DNA from: Nageia nagi
Lineage: Eukaryota; Plantae; Pinophyta
Direction: 5' to 3'
DNA: 64,000 bases
Assembly (NCBI GenBank): GCA_050084985.1
Contig: JBITNC010000001.1
Coordinates: forward strand, 114,886,001-114,950,000
The position numbers were made by a program, and so were the translations under genes. The notes under the pieces are model-generated. The model worked only from the letters and a program-made list of their open reading frames with translations, ran no database searches and was not told the origin of the DNA. Position 1 is the stretch's first letter. Each line of letters begins with the position of its first letter. Shown one piece after another: positions 27,571-38,889 of the stretch.

Positions 27571-27979
27571 GGGGGTTCTGTGGATGTGGGTCGGAATGGA
27601 ATGTTGCACGAGTACTATATGTAATGTCTGGTTTGTTTTGGGTTGTTGTAGTACGATATGGGGCGAATTGGTAGTGTGTATTAGCTTTGGAGGGTTTTGA
27701 AGGGGTTGATATGCAAGGCTATAGTGCTAATTAGCCATTTTGACTGTTTTTGAATTGTCCCTGGTTCAGCCTCAATCGTAAGCTTAAGTGCTTACCTTTA
27801 AGGACACTGTAACGGGTTAGGATTCCCTTAAAAATCCATCCTCCAATACAAGCAAAAAAAATAATATAATTACATATTCCAAAAGACCAAACCGTTAGTT
27901 TATTCAATCATCAAGAACTGTTAGAAACATATCAAAGGTGCTTGAAGTAAATCGATACTAAATGCATCATAATACTCAC

Positions 27980-28073
27980 AATTTGTTGGAGAGGCAATCC
28001 TCGTTTTGCATCCTCATAGGAAGAAAATCTCAACTCCTCATAACTTACATCTCCAGTAATATCACAAGGAAGA
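27980..28073 (-). CDS. CG1: CG1/NUP42-like exon 5 (YLPCDITGDVSYEELRFSSYEDAKRGLPLQQI)
   Basis: Contains the conserved NUP42-family motif GDxSxEELR. Acceptor ttttccag, donor ATT|GTGAGT. Confidence 0.93.
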
Positions 28074-28283
28074 CTGGAAAATCAAAACACTGTTTATAGG
28101 AGCGTACCAGTGTCTAGGAAGATTATAACATGAAAATGAATATTGCAAACAAAGTCTTTGATGTATATCCAGCTCAAAACTATGGCATCTATTCTAAAAC
28201 CAGGAAGAAGTCATACATAGCTTTCATCTTTCTAAAACCAAGTAACATCTACTGCTTTTTAAGAAACATTTGATAAGCCTTAC

Positions 28284-28379
28284 TATTTCCAATGGCTATA
28301 GCATGTAAGCTTCCAAAGTGGCCGTTCATTTTTGAAGTCTTCAATAATTTGTTGTTTACAAATATTTGGGTCAGTACAC
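28284..28379 (-). CDS. CG1: CG1/NUP42-like exon 4 (CTDPNICKQQIIEDFKNERPLWKLTCYSHWK)
   Basis: Contains the conserved plant CG1 block CTDP..C...I.EDFKNERP.WKLTCY.HW. Acceptor gcgtag, donor TA|GTAAGG. Confidence 0.92.
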
Positions 28380-28521
28380 CTACGCAGATCAAACCCATTT
28401 TCCAATTAACTACAAAATATAAGCAATTACAAATAAGAAAAGATGTAGTACACTAAGATTTTCTGCATTTATTCAACAAATTTTAACCATAACTATGATG
28501 ACATCAGTACATAGTACATAC

Positions 28522-28616
28522 ATATGAATTGACACTTGTGACTGAGAGTCATTCTGTCGGGCTCCCAATGAACCAGCTCCTGACAATGGTAGAAAGTGAC
28601 TACCTCTCTCAGTTGC
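28522..28616 (-). CDS. CG1: CG1/NUP42-like exon 3 (ATERGSHFLPLSGAGSLGARQNDSQSQVSIHM)
   Basis: Donor AT|GTATGT is in phase with exon 4. The in-frame acceptor is ctcag at 28617-28621; a competing AG 14 nt upstream is out of frame with exon 2. Confidence 0.72.
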
Positions 28617-29601
28617 CTGAGTTCCAATACCTGAATGTCAGAATCTTAAACTTCTAAACCAGCTAAGCAAGGTAATAAGTCATTCCTAAAGAAAAATATG
28701 TAGGAAGATAAAACCGACATATTTTGCTTTGGATCTATAATATTATCTTCAATTCTTCTGTTTCTTTTGCAAGAAGTCTTTCTTTAAAAAGAAAAAGAAA
28801 GAAACAATGTTGTCAACACAGAGGCAGTTAGTTGAAATTATTGATCATCCCACAGCCTCAAAGAAGATCATTCAATTGCAGAATCAAAAATGTAATTTCA
28901 AGAATACATCAAAAAAAGCTAATTGACAATTAAGTATTTTATATGCATGATGAGAGATGGATAGGAATACTCCTGCTAAGCAATTGAACTAGGTCTAACA
29001 TGTATTTCAGTATGTAATAACTTCAATTCATGATGACATTTGCTGTTATTGCATTTTGTAAGGGTAAACATCATTTGATTTCATATCCCACTGAAATACA
29101 GTTCAATTTACATTTATCCTCAATGCTTTTCAGTTATCACAATGTTATACTGCACGGTGTGTACAAACTGTATCTTTCTTGTAAAAGATTAAAACTTAGT
29201 TGGCACAAATGGTAGTTATGTCTAAGAGGCAATACATTACACAAGAACTTGCTGAAGATGCATGGGGCTCAATGATAATAACTAATCACCAAATATCTAA
29301 GTTGAACCTAAGTTTACCCTTACAATGCCCCACATATATCAAGCAGAAAACAATTATTAAATAAAGCACAACAGATACCTTGAAAGATAGTTGCAGACTG
29401 ATTAACAACTCCAATAGAGTTTTAAGACATTCAACAGAAATGAAAAGGCAAGAGAGCCGAGAGTCTAAAAGAAGATGAGTTGATAATAAAGCAACTGTAC
29501 ATGCAAACAAAGAACCAATTTCATACTTGCATTGAACAGAAAGGAGGGACATCATCCAGTCAAGTCATTATACAATTTGAAGACAGTTTATTGTTGAATC
29601 A

Positions 29602-31092
29602 TGAAATATTCTGGACTAGGGCCGATCCAGAATCATACCAAAGAGGGTCTCAAAAATAACCAAAATTCACCAAAAATACCAATTAAGCCGTTTACACACC
29701 AAAAAGCCCTATCCAAGCACTAGAAATGTTGTTGTCTAGCCTCCAGGTGCCTAATTAGCAAACAAAACCTGACGTCTAGGTCCAGAGTGACCCAACGTCC
29801 AACCTCAAGTGCACAAAACTCAAAGAAATAGCATCCAAAAATCCAACGACTAGCCAAATGTGCAAGATCTCAACCACATCAGTGCAATAAACTAATGCAA
29901 GCTCAACGGCTAGGCGAAAAATTCCAGAATAACACTATTGCATTCACAAACCCAACATCTAGACTTCTAGGGCAAGATCTCACAAGATTACACAAACAAT
30001 GAACCACAAAATGTAATTCTATTACTATTGCAATGAGAAACTGAATTACATGCCTTTGAAGATCTTCAAGAAATGCTGAAAACAAGTAACAAGCAACTAA
30101 GGCTGTCCCACAGAAGGATAAGGCTTGTACCCAGCCTTCCTCCTCCGCAAACTTTGGCCAAAACATCAGGGTCTCTAGCAATGTTAAGATAATCTAGGGT
30201 AATGCCATAGATAGCTAGCAAGTCCATTGAGATGCGCTAATCCTCAAAATAGCGATTTGTATAACCCTGAAACCTTGCTAAGTCTCAACACCTCCTTTGT
30301 GGTTTTTTGTCCACAACACGCAATGGAAGGAGTCGAAACCCATAACCTAAAGAAGAGAAATAATTCCAAACAAGCATATCTTCAAGTGAGGCCTCATATT
30401 CCTTTTATAGACTCCAAATGGCCTTCATGCCCTACGCCCACCTCTAAGTGCTTCCACAGTGCCTTGCGATCAATGCCATTGCCTTGGATGTTTGGGATCT
30501 TCTCTTGGGGTGAGGCATTGCACTTATGGGTGTCTTGGGATCCATATAAACACATCCAATGGTACCAAGTGCTCTTCATGATGCCACACCTCCCTCTTAG
30601 AGTTTACTGCACCTAGGGATTAGTAATTTCCTCTTGTGATCCTCATGCTCTACCCCTAGGGATGCATATGGCTTAGGGGGAAGCATGATTACATTGAAAG
30701 GCATCTAAGTGCCTCAAGATGCCAAATTACAAATCATTCAAGCCAAACGCCTCATTAAAGGAAACTAATATTACATATACAATTAATAATTGCGTTGGTA
30801 TTACAATTACAATAATTATTTGACATCCTAAAGTGGCCCATACAATTTACAAATATTTAATTGATAAAAATAACAAATAATGACTCGTAGAGTCCACTGT
30901 CCCATGTTGGAGAACCTTCAAGTGGGATAAAATATAGAAACATCCCCTAATAAATGCTAAAATTGCTATAATATTCCCAAATTACTTTAAAACTAAAAAA
31001 CAGTCCTAAATGACTAAGAGAGCACCATGAGGGCGCACGTCCCACTCCCAAGTGCCAAAGTGAGTGAGAAGCTCAAATTTGAGAATATTACA
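29602..31092 (-). mobile_element. Solo LTR with AATCA TSD
   Basis: TG...CA termini with inverted tgaaatattct / agaatattaca; AATCA on both sides (29597-29601, 31093-31097). Confidence 0.85.
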
Positions 31093-31758
31093 AATCACCA
31101 ATAATCAAATTTGACAATGAGTGTATGATATAAAAGAAAAAGAAACGTTTCTATGACAACAATCACTGAACCCAGTTAGCACCAAATTACTAATTACTGG
31201 ATTCCTTGTGGCTGGGGAGAGTGACCAGCCAGAACAAATGCATTGGCAAGAGAAATTGAGAATGTTGTCAAAAGTGTTGACATGAGGAAAAATCTGCTTG
31301 AGTCAAAAATCTTCTTGTAGGAATCACAAATTGTGGCAAGTCTTAATAAACTGTAAACTACTGGGGCTAACATTTTAGTGTGTGCGAGTTACAAAGAAAT
31401 AACAAGGAGTCAGAAAGTACTTTATATGTCATATGAAGTTACAAACAACCATCTCATATTGCAAGACTTATGTGTGACTACCACACAATACTGATGGAAT
31501 GCAGGAAAGTAAATAAGAGGTGGCTTGCAAATGAGTAATATTACTATAGCATATGAACATATCAATACAATAATTTTCAGTTGTAAGTAGTAACCAACAA
31601 GATAGTTATAACTAATCTACTGACTCGCCAACCATATCTGATAAAAAATTATTTAACTTCCTTTAGTCATTCGTGAACAAAAAGGATGAGTAGTAATTTT
31701 ACTAACTACAGACTATATTACATCAAGTGAGGAAATATGCTAGCAAGATGACAGGTCA

Positions 31759-31858
31759 AAGTCAAACATAGATAAGATGACAAGTCAACAAATATGGCAA
31801 CCAGTCTCAAGTCAAACATAGATAAGATGACAAGTCAACACATATGGCAACCAGTCTC
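31759..31858. repeat. Tandem duplication 2 x 50 bp
   Basis: aagtcaaacatagataagatgacaagtcaaca(a/c)atatggcaaccagtctc occurs twice. Confidence 0.9.
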
Positions 31859-31891
31859 CCCACTACCCTAGAAGTGCAATGTGGGCTCATG

Positions 31892-32797
31892 CTATGTTAC
31901 CGGATACGCCTGTTTTAGGAATGGAAACGGGTATGATTCATTGTCGATAAGGGTATGGGAGCGATACGCATCTGGATTCGGCCTAGATACGTGTTTTGAG
32001 GGTCAGATACATTGTCGATGTACCCGAGCATATCCAACGATACCAACTATGAATCCGAGGTGTTTGGCAGATTTTTTAATGAGGCTGATCATTTTTATTT
32101 TTTTTCTCGTTGACTTTGACTGATTGCACATGGGAAACTCTAAAAGTTACCTCTTAAAGGTCTTGAGCCCTCTAAACTCATTCATTCATGTTCATTTCTG
32201 TTGCAAACAACAAAGTTTTTTCCAAAAGGCTGAGCATTGTCTTCAAAGTTGAAAAGTGATCAAAGGGAGTTTCTACAAGGATTGTATTGCCATTCCTACT
32301 CATTTGCAAGTGTTCATTGGCTGCCAAGAAGATCATAGAAGGATTTTAATTTTTTTTGCAGAGAGGTAATTTTGTTCTTCCTTTTTTTTCAAGCTTGAAG
32401 TCTGAGTTTGCTTATTTATGTTTTTACTTTTAGTTTTTTCTATTCTTTTATAAATGCATGAAATATTCAAAGTATTTTTTTTTTTTCTTGCCATAGGAAT
32501 CACAATGAAACTTCAAGTTTTATAACTTTCATGAGCTATTTTTTTTTTGCTATTTTTTTTTCTTGCATGTTTTAAATGACATTCATGTTTATGGTGGTTT
32601 TGTTGTTTATATCATATATGATACTATGTGATACTCTAATCTTAATTTCATGCTTCTAGCCTGCAAATTTATGTTTATTTCTGATTTTTACATGGTTTTT
32701 GTATGAACTTACCGGAAACCCAAAAAACAAATTTGCTGAATCCACGAATCGAACAAACGAACCCAAATCTGAACCCGTACCCGAATCGGTATCTTAG
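31892..32797. mobile_element. Non-autonomous hAT-like MITE
   Basis: Imperfect TIRs CTATGTTACCGG / TCGGTATCTTAG with subterminal GGATACG and CCCGTACCCGAA motifs. TSD not retained. Confidence 0.6.
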
Positions 32798-32800
32798 TGG

Positions 32801-33580
32801 TGAAACAAGCCTCAAGCAATGCAGCAATCTCCCTCAAGTGCAGATCTAGGGTGAAAACAATGCAACGTCCCTCTTCCTAGGGCAGATTGACACCTCAAAA
32901 CTGGCCAACAATGGTATGGAAGGCTAGGCGAAACCATGAAATGAGCAAAACTAGCCTCCAAACTAAAGAAGCAATCCTTCTTGAGATAGACGTTCTCCTC
33001 CAAGGGCATATTTAAGATGTAACAAAGCCTCTAATCCGATCAATAATGATAAAACCTTGTGCTAAGAATTCCAATGGCCGAATAGAAATCTGAAAGCTCA
33101 CCAAGATCTGAAGTAATAAGTACAATTGTAAATCCTAGTTGGGTTTACCTCAAAGGAAACTCTAGGTTTTTTGTCCTAGGTTTCTTAGCTAAGTGGGTTT
33201 TCGTCCCCAAAGCTAGTCTCTTGGGGTTTTCATCCACAAGAGAGATGTAGATGACTATGCAGCCAAATACAATCAGATAATAAGAGAAATCACTAATCCA
33301 GAATGCTCAAATGAGTGCTCTTTATCTCCTTCTATAGACATTCTTCTATTTTTTCCTTGAGGTGGCACTTTTTGATTTTACTTAATAATACCTTAGAAAA
33401 TAATAATAAAATGATATTATATTCTCCTAATGGAGCATACACCCTTATTTCCCCCTTTTTATATTATTTTTTATTGTTTTTAGCTAATCAAAGTCAAACT
33501 TAACCAAAAATCACCAAATTTGCACCACACACCACTCCACACCTATGTACAATAAAAATATGAAAAATGGGGACATTATA
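32801..33580 (-). mobile_element. LTR remnant / probable solo LTR
   Basis: Minus-strand start tataatgtccccatttt (same type as the 22793 LTR start) and ...tttca end. No TSD. Confidence 0.55.
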
Positions 33581-33599
33581 GAATTCTAAAGACGAACGG

Positions 33600-34440
33600 C
33601 AAGAGATGGTAGTGGATGGGATTTAGCTAGGGTCAATGTAGAGTCGAGCGGCATAAGTTCTCCAATCATGAAGGGTGAGAACTTAGGTTATGTCTTTTGG
33701 GTAGGAAGGAACACTAGAAAGATTTGGGTTTCTGATGAACGGAAGAGATGACCTTTGGCCTCTTCTTGGTTAAGAAGTCACATTTCATGGTCCTCAAGAG
33801 GTGACAATAATATCAATGGAAGGAGTGGGTGGAATAAGGGAAAGAATCAAAATGGCATGCTTGAGGCAGTGGTGACTATCCTTACAATCCATGTCAAACC
33901 ATTGATTCACTAGGTAATGGTTGTGAGGTCGGAAGCAAGGTAATGGTTGGGTGGTGTGGGGCTTGCAAAGTTGCAAGTGTAATGTCGAGAATGAGGCAAC
34001 TGAGCAATACCATTTAAGATAATAAGGTTGTGGGTCTCTCCAAGCTTGAGAAGGAATCTCTACTTATGCAAAGGGAGGCATAGTGTTTGTAGAAGCCCTC
34101 TAGATCCTAAAAACACAATCAACAGCCTAGAATTGGTCCCTCATAATTCAAGTTCATCAATGGAATTGGTAATTTTAAATATAATCATCAGATCAATGTA
34201 ATCCTCAACCTAGGAAGGGAATCAAAAGGCTCAAGTTTGCAAATGGCATAATGTATCAAGATCACTCTTCCACGTGGCGAAGAAGAATCCAAAGGTCTTG
34301 TGACATGTCCTCATTGCCCAAAGATGTCCACTTAACGTTGGCCCCTCTCCCACAAGTATTACCAAATATCACATTGGCTCCTTTGGACCAATTGATGGAG
34401 ACAATGTGCCCTTCTATTGTCTAGCAGTTCAACATTGCAA
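33600..34440 (-). pseudogene. Degenerate LINE AP-endonuclease/linker fragment
   Basis: Minus-strand remnants 'HNLIILNG' and 'NQWFDMDC', typical of non-LTR ORF2, with many stops. Confidence 0.45.
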
Positions 34441-34970
34441 TTCTCCTACTTTCTTTGAAGTTATCAAATGTTATATACATATCTTCTATGCTATTTTAAT
34501 TTGCTTTCCCTTCTTGGTTTTAATGTTAAGAGCTTGCATTGGGCTTCTACAATTTTTGTACATAGATATTTTCTTTTTTTAGTACCATTGACTTGCTTTG
34601 GTTCGCTTGTTTCTTTAACCACTCTAAATTCATACAGATAAATTGGAGATAACAATTTGTATGTCAACTCCAAGTCACTTGAGTTTGCTCATATAATGGA
34701 GTCAAAGACATCAATGATGGGAAACATTTTAACAAAAAGAAAAAAATAACCTTCCACGAGTCATATAAAATAAACATCCAGGATTTCATTTTTCTCACAT
34801 GTTAAGCTTACACAAATAGATATCTAGCCAATTTAGAAACCGATTACAAATTCATCATAGTACTATATAGATTATTGGAGAGAAAACCGAATTTGAAAGT
34901 AGCCACGAGAAATATATGGTCATAACCATAAACAAATGAATAGAACTAATTAGTAAAATTCTCCACATGT

Positions 34971-35953
34971 TGTAATGTCCCAAAATCAAGGTTCCCACTC
35001 ATTTGTTGTATTATAAAAAATTTTTGGGCCACTTGAAGTGGGACGCCCCATTCTTTGTATTAGGTAGGTGTGAGTTTTAGGAGTGTTTTTTTATACTTCT
35101 GACATTGTCACATGCCTTTGGAATATTTTTGGTGCTGTCACATGCCTTTGGAATATTTTTGGCGTTGTCACACACCCTTTGATATAATTTGGACCAATAT
35201 TAAGCTCTAGAGCGGGTCGGCCATGATAATAATGTTTTCTCCTTAGGAAAGTCGGCCATGTCATCTTGAAATGTATTTTGTGTATTTATACTTGGGGATT
35301 TCAACAGCAAAAGGCTTCATTGATCATCACATCTTCTTCTATCTTTGGAGTAAGTGGCTAAGCACTTCTCTAGCCATCTTGTAGATGAAAACCCATAGTA
35401 GGGACACTTCTTGGGGATGAAAACCCTCAAGGAGTGGGAACCAAGGACGAAAACCCTTGAGTTGTTGCAGACCCATCTTGAGTTCACTTGATGCTTCAGT
35501 ATTGTAGATTTGAGCTTCAAATATTGTGTGGCACTGCGGCTAGCTTAGAGAGGAGTTTGTCCAACCCTGGAGAAGTTGTCGTGGGGTTTTGAGCATTATG
35601 CAATGAGTCATGGGGCTTTGAGCATTGGTGCAATGAAGCCGTGAGAATTTGAGCATCGGCGCAGATCTAATCCTATGAGCCATACATCAACCCTTTTGGG
35701 CCATACTTTGTCATTTATGTGATATATTTGCTCATTAATGATTCAAACTTGTTCCTTCCTATACATGGAGATGTTTGGTGTTTAGTTCTAAATTATGTGC
35801 CTCTTATGCAAGCGATTTTCAGTTTGTTTTTAGTTCTGAAATATTATGGAATGAATGGTGCATGAACAAGTTTTTTAAATACAGTAAAGACATAATTGGC
35901 AAATTTAAAATTTAAGGAATAAATTCGTTTTTTTTCTAGTTTGGGTCATTACA
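34971..35953 (+). mobile_element. Solo LTR with CATGT TSD and internal 3 x 30-bp tandem repeat
   Basis: TGTAATG...CATTACA termini with CATGT on both sides; tgtcacatgcctttggaatatttttgg repeats at ~35107-35195. Confidence 0.88.
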
Positions 35954-36559
35954 CATGTCAATCTCTCTAATTGAGACATGTGATTCCTAATAGACCACTT
36001 CCTAAATCTCATGCTATTTTTGAATCACCTCCTTTTAATAAGCCACATGTCATGTTGATGGAATTTGGTTCATTCACACGAGTACCACCAATCAACTTTA
36101 TCTCTTGATCCTCTTCGAAACAACTCAAACGAAAAATGTTTGTTTGCAAAGTTGGATAAATTAAATGAATCCTCTAAATTGATATGAAAAGGAAACCGCT
36201 TAGACACTACTTCACTATGATTATTGCTTTGATACCTCACCAGCATTCCATCACTCTCATCTTCACTTTAATTTTTCATTTTCTTTCAAATTTAAAACAA
36301 TAACCTAGCACTGCATTTAAACTTTACCTTAAGTCCCTAAAAAACACGTGAGTTAACATCCATTACCTCTTACATCACTAAGTTGATTCACAAAACAAGA
36401 CTTACACAATTTAAGCTTGCCTTCGCAATGCAAACTTTCTAAAAAAACCTTGGGGTGTCAATCCTTACAAGAGGGGATCGGTAACGCTATCTCACCTAAA
36501 TGTTGGGTTGTTCTCCATGTTGATTACTCTCCATGACACGCTACGTAATAGGAAAGAAC

Positions 36560-37700
36560 TCGTTCCCAACAGAAAGAAGATCCAAGGCAATATTTACTAT
36601 TATTTTAGGAAGAATTTAGTGTAAAATTTGGCAATGATGAAAAACTATTAACTAGGTTCTTCCCTAGAAATTTAAAACACAAAGCATTTGATGGGTTTTA
36701 CAAACTCGCCCTTGGATCTCTTCGCAACTTTGAAGAAATATCTAATGCATTTATCAATCAATATAGATACAACATTAAGAAGCTAGCAACATTAGTGAAT
36801 TTCTATGCAATTCAACAAAGACTTAATGATAAACTTGAGAAAGGTCAAAAAATTTGTGGCAAAGCATTTGCATTCAAATAGAAGAATCAGATGTCAATGA
36901 AATCTGTGTGAATTCTTTCAGTAAGATTATAAGGTCGTATGCATATGACAATATCAATCCACCATAAAGGAGATTAACTTAAATGATGATCACCAAATAG
37001 AGATTTTTACTTGTGGCAAGCATAATCAACTATGGAAATCTTGGTGGACGTTACAAAAAAAAAAGTCATGAACAACAAAGAATAAGGATAAGAAAACAAT
37101 ATATAGAATTGAAGGTGATACTCAACCAACACAACTTACAAGGTCTCAAACTCAAGAAGAAACAAGACTCACCTTCCCATGTCCTCCTTAATACATTCTA
37201 ACAAATCTCTTGCAAAAATAGACCACACTACCAAGTAAATTGGCTCAAAATATTAGTAAAAAGAAAAAATAGTTTGGTGCAAGGAAAATCATATTACAAT
37301 TACCACAATACTAAAGGCCATATCACCAACCAATTCCACAAACTCAAGAATGAAATTTAGAGATTGATAAATGAAGGAAATTATGTTTCCCAACTACAAT
37401 TCCAACCAATAATCAAGCTCAAGGTCCAAAACAATTGTCAATAAGATTGAAGAATTCATGTAAATCTTTGTGGTGTGCCTATCATAAATTGAGATGTTTA
37501 CACTCATACACACAAAGGTAGAATCAGAGATGTAAATCTTGTTATTTACGAAAGAATACAATTACCACCAAATGCCAAGCAACATAATCTCATTGATAAA
37601 TTGAAAAATACTTCAAAAAAATCCCTATTTGAACTTCTAAAATTTATCAATCACATAAGAAGGTACTATGTAAGACTTTCAAGAAAAAAGGTCAATGCTT
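36560..37700 (+). pseudogene. Degenerate Tat/Ogre-type gag
   Basis: Remnants DPRQ...LLTRFFPRNLKHKAFDGFYKL..GS.RNFEEISNAFINQYRYNI and YHNTKGHIT...KLKNEI. Confidence 0.7.
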
Positions 37701-38474
37701 GTTGAAATTATTCCACAGATCTATCTTTGACACTGTAATTCATTGTAAAGCAATCAAAAACACACCACAATCAATGTGTGCCAATATGCCAACAATAAAG
37801 AGATGGAAAACACTCCATGTGAAAAAATGCTTCCACAATTAACATAAAATTTTATCGAGCATCCACATAGGATGATTCTCATTATTATTAATAGAAACTT
37901 TATCACTGTAATAATTTTTTTGCAGCAGCATGTCAATAGACCTGCAGTAAGATCTTCAGTGGTGGCAGCGTTGGTGGTAGGAGGATTCTAAGGTGTTGCA
38001 GAATTGACCATGGCCTCATAGGTACTCTAGATGATTGAATGCTGCTATGAGAGAATTTTATCAAAGCTTCCTGGTGCTGTTTCTGAGTCCTAGGAGGTTT
38101 TCACCATAAAACACGATGTCAAACTTTATGTTGAACATCTTTTCAGTTTATGTGAATATTGTGTATACATGGAGGTGTTTATTTTTTTCATAGAGCAGTC
38201 ATTTACAGTTTGTTTTGTTCAAAATCAAATTTTACCAAGTTTGAAGAGAATTAATGCCTCCAATGATGCAAGATTTGGTGTGCTAGATCTTTGGCAGGTC
38301 AACTAAGCATTTGATAACTAAAAAAGAGATACATATTTATCCATGAAACAAACAGTTCTGGAAAGTATCTCATTCGTAAGATTTTTTGGCTAAGATGGGT
38401 GCTTTGTTCAGCATCAATGCCAATAAAGAACTTAAAGCCAAAGAAAAACAAAAAGATAAAATACAATAACTGAC

Positions 38475-38613
38475 CTTCCGCTGATTCTGATTATTCACCC
38501 CAAAACTGAAACCACTCTTTGGTTGAGATGAATTTTGCACGCCAAAGCCATATGGATTTGATGATTGCTGTTGTGTTGGATGAAGGAACTTGCATCTTGA
38601 ACCATATTGGCAA
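38475..38613 (-). CDS. CG1: CG1/NUP42-like exon 2 (SCQYGSRCKFLHPTQQQSSNPYGFGVQNSSQPKSGFSFGVNNQNQRK)
   Basis: Acceptor tttacgcag, donor AAG|GTCAGT. Completes the C-x7-C-x5-C-x3-H finger in phase with exon 1 and contains FG repeats. Confidence 0.92.
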
Positions 38614-38889
38614 CTGCGTAAAATTTAATAATAAAATCATATGATCCAAAAAAACATTTTTCATAAAGAAGGGAGTATGCAGAAAAAAATAAACAAACTT
38701 ACAAAAGGATAGTCAACTCGGATAGGTTCAAGCTTCTTTAAAAAATCAAGAAACATCTCTCCAACAGAATAATTAAATAAGAGATATTTTTCCAACTAAA
38801 ATTGTAGATTCTTTGGCTATAAATATATATATCAAATAAAGGAATATATGTTCCACCATTGAGATTGTATCCACTTTTATTCTTAAATG

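Larger units (their letters stand above)
25233..27858 (+). mobile_element. 5'-truncated L1-type LINE (RNase H end plus extra downstream ORFs), A-tail and 16-bp TSD
   Basis: TSD AAATAATATAATTACA at 25217-25232 and 27859-27874, preceded on the right by a short A-tail. RNase H motifs W..PP.GW..INFDGSSKGN.G.AGA.GV, GDSLNVI and H.YREAN. Confidence 0.9.
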
